Positions 26,558 to 38,449 of a stretch of 64,000 nt of DNA are shown here, piece after piece. Within the stretch, counting starts at the first letter, position 1; each line of letters opens with the position of its first letter. The stretch comes from Podarcis liolepis (taxonomy: Eukaryota), in assembly GCA_965112155.1 (NCBI GenBank), contig OZ218098.1; one strand, 5' to 3'. Made by a program: the position numbers and the translations under genes. The notes under the pieces are model-generated. The model was not told the DNA's origin. It did no database searches and saw nothing but the letters and a program-made list of their open reading frames with translations.

Positions 26558-28563
26558 AGTTAAAGGCTCTTGGGACCAGGTATGGGGAAGATACCCGAGA
26601 CCTTAGAGAACAGCTGCCAGTTGATGCACTAGGTGCTAGATTCGAAAGTATAGGACAGCTTCATAATGCCAAAGAGATGCTTAGATGCCGGGAATGGGGA
26701 GAGGTTGGCTTTTAAAAAAGGGAAAAAAGGTCACGCCTTTTTATTCAATTTATTCAATAATTCAATTTAGACAGAGAGAACTTTTTCTTTTTTAAACATG
26801 AAGTTTGAATGTTCTGAATGTGCTGTCCTGCCAGAAGCAGGGTGTGATGTATCAGACAATTTTAGCAGCCTATTGTTCATAAAGCTTTTGCAATCATAAA
26901 ATCCTTTAGACGTTAACCTAAAATGGCAACGGAGAGAGGGAGGAAACAGTGGTGCCTGGGGAAATATTAATTTGTGCATAAGTGTCTTTTCTTTCTTTCT
27001 GTCTCTGAGCTCAGTTAAGCCTAATTTTGACCACATCCCTTCCTGTTACGGATTCTGTAACATGATGAAACAACCTGTTTCATGTGAGCTTTGTGCTTGG
27101 CTTGAAACACAGCTGCGTTTCAGAAGAGTTTAATCTCAGCAGAATATGTGGACTTGTGATCTTCTTGCCTTAAAGAAAGGTGTAAGGTTGTCTTCACTCT
27201 CTTAATTCAGTTATCACCAAGCTTCATGTCAGTGTAAACGTTCACAGGTTCGCAGCTCTCCAGAAATACAAAGTTAGTCAGATGTGAAACATGTTTTAAG
27301 AGTGGTGACTGTCAGAGCACCTCAGCAGAGCTGGTTTTGCTTCTCCTTGTAGTGGAGTTTTCCGGGGCCAGTGTTGGCAGTGTGCCCAGTTGTGCCTCAG
27401 GATCAATGAAATTAAAACCTTACTCCCGAAGGGTTGAATCTGTATAACAAGAAACCAGAACTGTGGCTTTTGTGTACATCCAGCCTAAGCTTCCTGCAAA
27501 GGTGTTCACAGCTACTGCCTATGACTTTTGCCTTTCATGTTGAGACATTTAGATTCTGCACAGCAGTTACTGCTTTGCCTGTAAATCAGAGGAGGCCTTT
27601 TCTCCTCTGCCTCCCACCAACTCCTAAATTGTTTTTTATTGCTTCAGAGAAAGGAATGAATCTGAGTTTCTAGTGCAGACTCATCAGTTTTTCAGGCCTG
27701 GTCTAAAACTGTCTTTTAAAGTGTTTGGCTCAATACCTTTCAGTGCTTACTGATTTCAGATTTGACAGCATATTTTTTGACTGACTGAGATAATGTCGGT
27801 TATTTTGGCATGTGAGCACTCCCTTTGCTTCCTGCTTTGAGCATCAGTGCAGTAAGGTGCCAATCCCCTTCTGTTAAATAGTCTGAATGCTTCTGGGTTT
27901 TTCTTGCCAATTTTATGTGAAATTACATCTGCAATTGGACACTGCATTTCACTGGTGAAATGTATTACCTAGGTGCCATCTTGGAAGGTGGGCTTCGGCT
28001 CTGTATTTCCCTGATTGCTGCTCACTTCAGGTTGCAGCCAGACTGTGTTTGCAGAAACTGGAAACAGAGAAGGCAGTATTATTATTTCTGCTATTGCTGA
28101 TTTACCTAAGAGCTGGAGTGAATGGGTCTTGGTTGGAAATGGATGCAAATACTGCCTCATGCATTTTTATTTTAATCATTGCTTCCCTATTTGTAAAAAG
28201 GCAGTGACATGAATATTATCTTATTCATTCATTCAAGGCTGAGTGGTGGAAATTTATTTTCATTTTATCATTGTGGGTGGAATAGAACTAAAAGTGACCC
28301 TTTTTTGCACCATTTGCTGAGTTCTGCATTTGCACATATACTTTTAACTGATCCAACGCCAATCTAAAAAAAATGATTTAAAAAAATATTATTATCAAAG
28401 ATCCAAGTTTGGAGAGTGTATGTGTGTCATTTTCTTCTTTTAAGTGCAGTAATTTTACCCTCACTTTCCTGAAAGGAAGCCTTGTTGAATTCAGTGGGGC
28501 TCACTTCTGAGTACACATGTATAAGATTGTGCTGCATTTTGTTTCATGTAGGATGCAATATAA

Positions 28564-28912
28564 GGACGCGGGTGGCACTGTGGGTTAAACCACAGAGCCT
28601 AGGGCTTGCCGATCAGAAGGTCGGCAGTTCGAATCCCCGTGACAGGGTGAGCTCCCATTGCTCGGTCCCTGCTGCCCACCTAGCAGTTCGAAAGCACGAA
28701 GTGCAAGTAGATAAATAGGTACCACTCCGGTGGGAAGGTAAACAGCATTTCCGTGTGCTGCTCTGGTTCGCCAGAAGCGGTTTAGTCATGCTGGCCACAT
28801 GACCTGGAAGCTGTACGCTGGCTCCCTCGGCCAGTAAAGCGAGATGAGCGCTGCAATCCCAGAGTCGTCCACTACTGGACCTAATGGTCAGGGGTCACTT
28901 TACCTTTACCTT
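28564..28912 (+). mobile_element. Sauria SINE, full length
   Basis: GGACGCGGGTGGC head with B-box GTTCGAATCCC, (ACCTTT)n tail, 13-bp TSD TAGGATGCAATAT at 28549-28561 and 28913-28925. Confidence 0.95.
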
Positions 28913-29635
28913 TAGGATGCAATATGGTACCATTATATATTTAAAAGAAGCTCAGTAGGTAGGTAAGTCTACTAAATTTCGTTCTTGGAGAGAGTGTGTG
29001 TATATCAGAACTGCCACTTGGTGGTTAGACAGCTGGGCAACCTCCCTGAAGATGCTGCGTGTCTGACTGATGGACCTCTTTCCATGTAGAACACACAGCT
29101 TTAAAAGATTAACTAATCCATTGGGATAGAGAATGCAAGGATGGCTAGTCAAATGAGTTTCTTGTGTATGCTCCTGGGACTGATTAAACTTCAGTAGCTC
29201 TCATGACCTTAAAAGGCTTCAGATAGACTTTTTTCCCTCTCTCTCTCTCCCCATAATGCCATAGCCAATTTAAATTACTGCTATGAAGTGTGCGCACACA
29301 CTCTACCCACGCCTTGCAAGTTGAGACATAATTGAATATCTTTATCTTGTACAGCATTTTTAGGGAACTATCTTTAGATCTTACAGAGCGAATGCATGGG
29401 TGGGCAGAAGGGAGATGTAGATTTCTGGGTGATTTTCAGTAGACTGCAGGGCCGTCCCTGGAGGGGGGCAGCTCCCCCCTCAGTCAAGTCAATAAATAAA
29501 AATACTTAACTGACTAATTGCATCACAGATAACTCAGTTCTGCACCCCCCCCTCACATAATGCCTGCTCCTCCAATAAATCCTGGCTATGCTCATGTGCA
29601 GAGCTCAGGACAAATCATATTGTATGGGGCTCTCC

Positions 29636-29668
29636 TTTGCTTTGCTTTGCTTTGCTTTGCTTTGCTTT
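29636..29668. repeat. (TTTGC)n microsatellite
   Basis: Read directly. Confidence 0.9.
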
Positions 29669-29995
29669 CCTCTCCTTTCTGCCTCTGCTGTGCTCCACCT
29701 CTTTATGTTGGTGATGGTGGCAGACTCTGGGGGAAATAGTGGCAACTACACTCTCTAAGACCACTTATAAAATGTGAAGGTAGAGTGGAGTCCCAGTAGC
29801 TCCTATGACTGGGTAAGGGTGGCTGGAAGGAGACAGGTGTTCAGATATGGGTAAGTTATTCTTCCCCCTGAAACACCAGGATTCATATAATAGCAACTGA
29901 ATCACCAGCAAATTCATTTATTTTAATTAAAAGTTTATTGGCACAAACACATACAGATTGAACATAAAATGAATAATTGATTGAATAAAAATAAT

Positions 29996-30358
29996 GGTAA
30001 AGGTAAAGGGACCCCTGACCATTAGGTCCAGTTGCGGACGACTCTGTGGTTGCGGCGCTCATCTTGCTTTACTGGCCAAGGGAGCCAGCGTTTGTCCGCA
30101 GACAGCTTCCGGGTCATGTAGCCAGCATGACTAAGCTACTTCTGGCGAACCAGAGCAGTGCACGGAAACGCTGTTTACCTTCCCGCTGGAGAGGTACCTA
30201 TTTATCTACTTGAACTCTGATGTGCTTTTGAACTGCTGGGTGGTCAGGAGCTGGGACCGAACAATGGGAGCTCACCCCGTCGCGGGGATTCGAACCACCG
30301 ACCTTCTGATTGGCAAGTCCTAGGCTCTGTGGTTTAGACCATAGCGCCACCCATGTCC
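29996..30358 (-). mobile_element. Sauria SINE, full length
   Basis: Reverse-complement homolog of 28564-28912; begins GGTAAAGGTAAAGGGACCCCTGACC; no clear TSD. Confidence 0.93.
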
Positions 30359-31074
30359 TTCCACAGCACCACCTGCGTGAGAGAAGAAAAACAAAACACA
30401 GGTACAGAGGAGGGTTTTAAAAAAAACAACCACCCAAGAAACTACTGGAAATAAAGTGCAGCATTCAATTGTTGCCTGGGAGAAGAAAAGGCGGGTCAAT
30501 TGAGTTCTCAATAAAACCTCTGCACATACTTGTCCGTAGAGCAGGGGGTTTAGTGGGCTGTCCAACTGAGTTAGCATAGGAGAGAAACCTATCAGCAAAT
30601 TCGGAACAACTAAAGGAAAGTTACTCTTCACACAATGGATTATCACAAGGTGTGCTGCTGGGCCAGCTTCTTGGATGGCTTTGAAAGGGTTCAGATAAAG
30701 TAATGGGAGGTTGGTATAGCCAGTGACTGCTGTTCATAAGCACAGAAAGTACTTCCTCTGGACAAAGAGACAAGGGTGGCCGCCTGGCATCCTAGCCTTG
30801 GCATTGCTAGAGGGTGTACTGTTGTCACCACTTATCCCTGTTCTGTGGGGCCTGCATGGCTATTGCTGTCCTAATCAGAAACCTGTTTTGCTTGTGCTGG
30901 AGAACAGATATAAAGCAAAATTCCCAAATGGCTTTGTTAACTTTTGAGAAAACATTTGCGTGGTCACTCCACCCAGTGAATGGAATTTGACATTTGTACG
31001 TGCTGGGGGAAGGGGAGTGCAACAACCACTGCAAATACCTGATACAGTCTCCTCTGCTTTTAAATGGAGGGCTA

Positions 31075-31310
31075 GATAACTTGGGTCTTCAGCTGCTTTC
31101 AAACTGCAGTTCCCATCATCCTTGACTACTGCTCTTGCTAGCTAGGGATGGTGGGAGTTGTAGTTCAAAAACAGCTGGAGACCCAAGTTTGGGAAACACC
31201 GGGTTAGAACAATGTTGTCGGACTTTGCAACTCCCAACACACCTGACTGTTGACTATGCTGGCAAGGGATGATGGGAGATGGAGTCCAACAGCCTCTGGA
31301 GGGCCACAGT
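31075..31310. mobile_element. Two adjacent palindromic hAT MITE copies
   Basis: TCCCATCATCC...GGGATG(G/A)TGGGAG inverted core as in 44673-44809. Confidence 0.7.
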
Positions 31311-31322
31311 TGATTTAAAGTA

Positions 31323-31537
31323 CAGTGGTACCTCGGGTTAAGAACTTAATTTGTTCTGGAGGTCCGTTCTTAACCTGAAACTGTTCTTAACCTGAGATAC
31401 CACTTTAGCTATTGGTGCCTCCTGTTGCCGCCGCGCGATTTCTGTTCTCATCCTGAAGCAAAGTTCTTAACCTGAGGTACTATTTCTGGGTTAGCGGAAT
31501 CTGTAACCTGAAGTGTCTGTAACCTAAGGTACCACTA
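31323..31537 (+). mobile_element. Tc1/mariner MITE family A
   Basis: TA-CAGTGGTACCTCGGGTTAAG...AGGTACCACT(A)-TA; repeated TAACCTGA motifs; seven copies in the window. Confidence 0.92.
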
Positions 31538-34500
31538 TATTCTGGACATCTTGCTGGGAGCAAACACGGTGTGGCTGTCTCTCCACCATTGTCTGCTCTT
31601 TGCGCTTTCCAGAGGTACTTGTCCGGATGGCGTTCGGAGAGAGCGTCGTAGACCTTTGGTCTGGCAAAGCAGTTCATCCATTTTCCTATTATGGTCTCGC
31701 CATGCATAGTCATCCAACTGAGACCAAGGTGAAGGACAGCCGGCAAATTGATGCCTGTAAGACAATCTACTTCGATGCCTCCTGTGTTTCATAGGCATGT
31801 CTGTTTTGCCAGTATCTGCACTTAATATTTTATTAACCGCTTCCCAGGTGGTAAGCTGGAGAACCATACCTTAGCCATTGTTCCAGGGACAGGGGCTTGT
31901 TATACAAGGAGAGTTCAACAAGTTATATTGCTTGTCTTTCATTGTCCCCTGTATCCTAGCCTCCTTACTGATCTCACTGGACCAGTAAAAAATTTGTGAA
32001 CCCAAAACTAATGATTAGATGGTCAGTTCTCAGTGAACACTACTGAAAATTACCAGAAGACTCTTAAAACACGGACAGCCATTCTTTCATTCCCTCCTCA
32101 CCACTCCCTGTGTACGTTTCGTATGGCAGAGTGGCCATGGAAACACTTTCAAGGAGTTTCACATAACAACTGTTGTGTGCTGAGTTCTTTTATTCCTAGC
32201 TAGAGAAAGCAATAACCATATACGCCCCACATAATAAGGACAGCTGTAGAGAAATGACTAAACTGTATGGGCTCTAAATAGTGCTGAAACCAGGATGTGG
32301 TTAGATCAGCAGCTGCCCATCACCAGAAGATAGGTGCATGCTTTCAGCTGCTCATCATAAGTGCAATGTTGCACGCCAGATCTTGAGCACAGGAGCAGGT
32401 CAGGAAACTATTGTACAAGTTAGGGCAGCAGCTGGGACACTCTCACAAACTGAGTGCATAATACTGGCCAAATTATTTTGGGAACAGAGACAGGTTTACT
32501 AGAGTGGGATTTTCTATCTGGTGGCAGGGGCGGGGGGGAAGGCATTAATAAATTGAAATACATCTCCTGCCCTTTATTTATAAATATTTATATCTTCTTC
32601 TTCTTTGGCGATCACTCGTAGCTGAGTAAGATTGTCTTCCATAAACATGGCATGATGCTGGTTTATGGCAGTATTTTTTATTGATGGCCAAAATCAGATT
32701 GCCCCACTTTGCCCAATGGTTCAAAGGATTCACTCTTGTGCTTTGCACAATATGGCTTAGCTGTTGTTAAGTCCCCATAAATGTGCAATAAAATGCTTAA
32801 TAAACTCACCTGCTCCCAGAATAATAAATAACTAAATAAAAATGGGTGCAATAATAAGCTAATAAGAACTTGAAAATATTGAAACAGGTATCTGTGTTAA
32901 ATGCTCTGGAATTTCTGATGCAATAGAATGGAATTGTGCTCATGAGGTGCTCCTGCCAGCAGAAGTGGGGAACTGGCTTTCACTGATATCACCTTCCCCC
33001 TTAGTCCCTTGAAAATCTGTTCCAGAGCATTGGAGGACTGTTCAGCACAGCGTGAAAGGTGGTTCGAGGTACTGTAGAGGAAAGGGAGGATCAACAAATA
33101 AATGCTACCAAAGGCTGTTCCAGTGGGGGAACTTGCGCTGGATCCCAGTTCCTTCTGAAAATGGAAGGCGCCATTTTGTTCACAAATGGTTGGTTAGAAT
33201 CCCAGACATACATCTTTTGAACTGTTCCCTGGGGAACCTGGAGGTTCATTGGAAGCTTCTCAGCAGGGTTCCTCACCATAAAGATAAGAAAGAGTGGACA
33301 GCTCTGCCCACCATACCTGCTATTTCCCCCCTGGCTTGTGCAGCCACCGCAGAGTGTTTGTCTTGTTTTAGAACCCGCTCTCAGCTCATCTATGAGGCAT
33401 TGATGGGAGCGGACTGGTTTTTCTACTGCCTACCTCTACTGAGCGTGTCTCCTATTTATATTATTTATATAATATAATATCCTGCATCTCAAACACGAGG
33501 CGAGTAAAATGCTCCCTGGAATTCTCTCTTAATGTACCAGAGTTTCTTAGCAGGTGAGTCAATGAGGAAAAGGTTCCCCGAAATAGGGAATAGCATTTTC
33601 CGGCTTTTGAAAGCTTACCCAAGCCTCTGTTAGAAGCTCTTTGAACAAAAACAATTTCCGCACCTATTTGGCATTTCAGTTAATCTTGGCATTTTTAGCA
33701 TAAAGGTTAGACATGAGCTTGTTTTTCCATCATGTTCTTTCCAGTACACTACACTACACTGTGATTATAATTGCAAGCAATAGAAAACGGGCCTTCGGAA
33801 GTCGTTTATCTTTCATGGCTGTAGTACAAGCAGTGGCAGGTGCCAAATATCCTAAATCAGTGTGTTTTCTTTTACTTTCTGTTGACTCAGAACAGTGAGC
33901 TAACAGGTACTGGCTCTGCTGAATAGCCAGAAGAGCCTGTTGATATGCATATAAAACAATGTGGAAATGTGAACAAATCTGTGAAACCTCTGCTTGTTCA
34001 GTTCCCTACCCCCAACTTTGATATATTTGTTATAGGCATTTGCAACCTGCTCTTTATCCAAAGCTCCCCGGCCAGAGAAGCTCCCATGCCCCAAATTTAT
34101 TATATAAACAAAGACAAGTACAACCCACAGTTCCTTTCAACTCCCAGAATTCCAAAAGTGCACCTGGACCTGACAGGCTTCTAACCCAGACAGGCTTCTG
34201 GATTAGGTCATGTTTGATGCTGAGAGCTCAGTTGGCAGGCTGTCTGAGAGTTAAATGATTGAGTTCATATATTCTAAAATTAAAGGAAAGGTGAACAAAA
34301 GAAGTTTGGGCCCACAGGGCACATGGCTGTGATGTGAATTTGCCAGAGTGTGGTGTTCACATGCTATGCCTCCTGTGCAATTTGCTTTCCTTTTGTTTTT
34401 AAAACCTACTCATCTCCCATATATCAGTTTCCAAACTTTCTTCCCTACAGACCACCTAATGGGTTTTCCACCTGTTGTAATGTCTTTGCACTTCAACCCT

Positions 34501-34608
34501 GGCTTTAGACATGATTGGGGGAAACCCACATTTGAAGATAATGGTCTGCTGCTGTCATGTAGTTTGGACATTACCCGTGTCTGGCTTCATCATGGTCAGA
34601 GAAGAGAT

Positions 34609-34981
34609 ATTATTTATTTATTTATTAATAAATTTATATATTTGGTTTTTCAGCTTAAAATTTTATAATCACATATCCAACGTACAACATAAAAACAAGA
34701 TTCCAAAGAATCTCCTGGACTTCCCTCCTCCCCTTTTGTGGGTCCTATTGTTAGTCATTTCATCCCGTATCTTTTATAATAATCCAAGCCTTTTACACCT
34801 CCGTTATGTCCAAAATTCACCATTAAACTACAAGTATTCCAATCCTACTGACGATTTTAGCTGTTCACAATGGTTTTTAAGATAATTTATAAATCCCCCC
34901 CATTCCTTATTAAAATTTTGGTCTTCCTGATTTCTGATGCTTCCAGTCATTTTTGCCATTTCGGCATTATCCATCAACTTA
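34609..34981 (-). mobile_element. 5'-truncated L1-clade LINE 3' end
   Basis: Reverse ORF KLMDNAEMAKMTGSIRNQEDQNFNKEWGGFINYLK...*, a 3' UTR and a (TAAA)n tail; degenerate TSD ATGGTCAGAGAAGAGAT / ATGGGCAGGGGAAGAGAT. Confidence 0.8.
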
Positions 34982-35422
34982 ATGGGCAGGGGAAGAGATT
35001 TAGCCCCCACCTCAAAGTAGCCCTTTACTCCCCTGCCAGTGAACGGCTGGCAGGGGAGTAAAACCTCCACTGTGGGTGGAAGCAAATCTTGCCCATCGCC
35101 CCTGGGAATGGGGAAGCCAACCCGCTCCTGACACAGTAGATTTGGGAGTAAACGCTGTTCCTTCTCCTTTCCCCCTTTCGAACATTTCCAGTGTAGGAGG
35201 GGTGTGTTGGTTTTTCCTAAGCTTTCCCAGCTTGGTGGGCTATTGGTAGTGAGGGAAACATTTATCCACTCTCAGGCCATGCAGGTCCGTGTTGGGTTTG
35301 GGGGAAGAGGAGCGCCTTGGGTTTGGAAAGGAGACCTTGTGCCATCCATGGCAACTGCTTTCCCCTCCTCTTCCTCCCCTTCCCCATTCAACCTTGATGG
35401 AACATCTTGCTACAAGTTAATA

Positions 35423-35651
35423 CAGCCATACCTCAGGTTGCGAACGTGATCCGTGCGGGAGGCACGTTCGCAACCCACACGCGCATGGTGCAATTTGGCA
35501 CTTCTGCACCTGCGTGTGACGCCATTTTGTGTTTCTGTGCATGTGCAAGCACCAAAACCTGGAAGTAACCCTTTCCAGTACTTCCGGGTTCAACACGGCC
35601 CACAACCCGAAAGCGCGCAACCCGAAGCGTTCATAACCCGAGGTACAACTG
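35423..35651. mobile_element. Tc1/mariner MITE family C
   Basis: TA-CAGCCATACCTC...CGAGGTACAACTG-TA; homologous to 3560-3773. Confidence 0.85.
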
Positions 35652-36666
35652 TAAAGCCCAAAGTACTATATAGACAAACCTGAGTGAAAGGGGAAGTGGT
35701 CTGATGAAATGCTGCGCTGCGGAGTCTTAATTCTGCTGCTCCAAGGCCAGACTTTGCCTTTTGTGATGGAGCCAGTTTAACAGCCGCCAGTCTTGATAAC
35801 CTAGAACCAAAAGCCTTTGGGTTCTAATCTTTCCCAGACATCTTTGAAAGCCTCAAGCTTTTGCTTGTTGCCATTGCCTGTTTTATTTTAAATAATATTA
35901 TTCACTAGATCTCTGGCATGTGGATGAATTGGATTGAGCTCCTTGTAAGGAGAGCTTTCCCTGTTTTGTTTGGGAGCAGCACAGCTGGGCCTCTTGTGCC
36001 ATGTTTTCATGCTGGGGCAAGGGGCAGATTCCACCAGTTGGTAGATCAGTCCTGGTGGCTGCACCAGCAGTTTCCTCTCAGTCATGGAAATCGCCTCTGA
36101 GGAAGGCTGGGACTGTGTGAGGATGGGGAATTTGTTTAAAAACCAGTTTAAAAATTTCAGTCTTGTGCACCTGATTTGATAAGACTTGGTGAGTAGCTTG
36201 GGGTAAAAAACTAACCAAGTGTAAAATGATCACATTGTTACAACAGCTCTTACACAACTGAGGTTTAAATACCATGAAACAATCTGTTTTCCTTTAAGGT
36301 AAAAAGACTTCCTTAACTGAGAAATACTCAGGGTTAGGCTGCCAATGTGCCTGCCTTTGTGAAAGACTTCATATGTCTGTTTCTTTATTATATAACCGCC
36401 ACTGCCGTTTAATTTTTGCACATAATACATATAGCAAGCTAGGTGCTTTTCAAATAAGACAGTTTCTGACTAGTCTATGCATACAGTAGAAAGAATATTG
36501 AGGGGGTTGACTTGTATCTGGAAGCCACCCAGAGTGACTGGGGTATAAATAATAATCTCATTATCATCATCACCATTATCACTTCAGTCTGTAGATGAGC
36601 GAGTCACTTTTTTATTCTGCCTGTTAAGTGGGGAAACAAGTACAATGGTGATATGTCATAGCTGGC

Positions 36667-36667
<1 letters not shown>

Positions 36668-36713
<46 letters not shown>
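36668..36713. repeat. (TTTC)n microsatellite
   Basis: Read directly. Confidence 0.95.
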
Positions 36714-36714
<1 letters not shown>

Positions 36715-36812
36715 GGTTTAATTTTTTTTAAAAAAAACTGCAGTTCTTTACTTGGTAGAACATAGAAAAACAGCCTTCCTATTTGCATTCTGAAGTGATA
36801 CTGTTTACAGTA

Positions 36813-37508
36813 CAGTGGTGCCCCACAAGACGAATGCCTCGCAAGACGAAAAACTCGCTAGACGAAAGGGTTTTGCGGTTTTTGAGCTGCTTCACAAGAC
36901 GAATTTCCCTATGGGCTTGCTTCGCAAGACGAAAACATCTTGCAAGTTTGTTTCCTTTTTCTTAACACCGTTAATACAGTTGCGACTTGACTTCGAGGAG
37001 CAACTCATAGAACGCGGTGTGGTAGCCTTTTTTGAGGTTTTTGGTGATTTTTGAAGCTTTCCCAAAACTTTTCCGACACCGTGCTTCGCAAGACGAAAAA
37101 ACTCGCGGAACGAATTACCGTATTTTTTGCACCATAACACTCACTTTTTTCCTCCTAGAAAGTAAGGGGAAATGTCTGTGCGTGTTATGGAGCGAATGCC
37201 TGCGGGTGGCAGGGGGGATCTGCTGCAGTCGTGAGCAGAGGATCCATGGTTCCCTTTCCTTCCCTCCTGTGTGGTTACAAAGCATGGATCCACATGGATC
37301 CTCAGGATTTTTGCATTGGGCTACTCCAAACTCACTGTCAGATCACATGTCTGTGGCCACAGCATGAACCACAAAAATCATATATCCACTGTTTTGTTTA
37401 GAATATTTTTTTTCTTGTTTTCCTCCTCTAAAAACTACGTGCGTGTTATGGTCGGGTGCGTGTTATAGAGCGAAAAATACGGTAATTTCGTCTTGCGAGG
37501 CACCACTG
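36813..37508 (-). mobile_element. Tc1/mariner MITE family B (interrupted)
   Basis: TA-CAGTGGTGCC...GGCACCACTG-TA; CAAGACGAA repeats; reverse-complement homolog of 47826-48156. Confidence 0.9.
37118..37482. mobile_element. Tc1/mariner MITE family E nested in family B
   Basis: TA-CCGTATTTTT...AAAAATACGG-TA; repeated GTGCGTGTTAT subterminal motifs. Confidence 0.9.
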
Positions 37509-37510
37509 TA

Positions 37511-37732
37511 CCTTTGGTTACATACGCTTCAGGTTACATACGCTTCAGGTTACAGACTCCGCTAACCCAGAAATAGTACCTTGGGTTAAGAACTTTGCTT
37601 CAGGATGAGAACAGAAATCGTGCTCCGGCAGCGCGGTAGCAGCAGGAGGCCCCATTAGCTAAAGTTAAGAATAGTTTCATCTTAAGAACAGACCTCCAGA
37701 ACGAATTAAGTACTTAACCCGAGGTACCACTG
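37511..37732 (-). mobile_element. Tc1/mariner MITE family A, with its left TIR disrupted by family B
   Basis: CCTTTGGTTACATACGC...CCCGAGGTACCACTG-TA. Confidence 0.9.
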
Positions 37733-37918
37733 TACAACACTTTATAGTCTACTCTATTACCCCATTACCTTGGGAAGCATGGTATAAAAGTCATTATACA
37801 TGTTAAGTAGAATGAGATGTTCATATTTTGGACCACAAAATTTAATTCTGCAAGTAGTAGTTTTAATTATGGAATATGATCTATAGGACATATTGTCTAT
37901 ATGTAGTGAAACTAGCAC

Positions 37919-37923
<5 letters not shown>

Positions 37924-37993
<70 letters not shown>
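37924..37993. repeat. Compound (TC)n(TG)n microsatellite
   Basis: Read directly. Confidence 0.97.
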
Positions 37994-37997
<4 letters not shown>

Positions 37998-38266
37998 GGC
38001 TAGGTTAACACTTTTAGCCTGCAAGCTTAGTTCTCCAGCCATCTATTTTGAAATCTCAGCCTTGCACCTTCAGCCTGAAATAGACCATTTCTGAATCCTA
38101 GCACCTCATTCTATCTAACTTGTGGAATGACCTTGTGATTACGAAGGTCAAAGAGGTTATGGAATTTACAAGGGGTTTGGATATTTCGGGAAGTAGCAAA
38201 GGAGCAAATAAAGGGCAATTGAGGGACATAGCAAAGATACTGTTTAAACAACAAAGTAATTACTGA

Positions 38267-38449
<183 letters not shown>

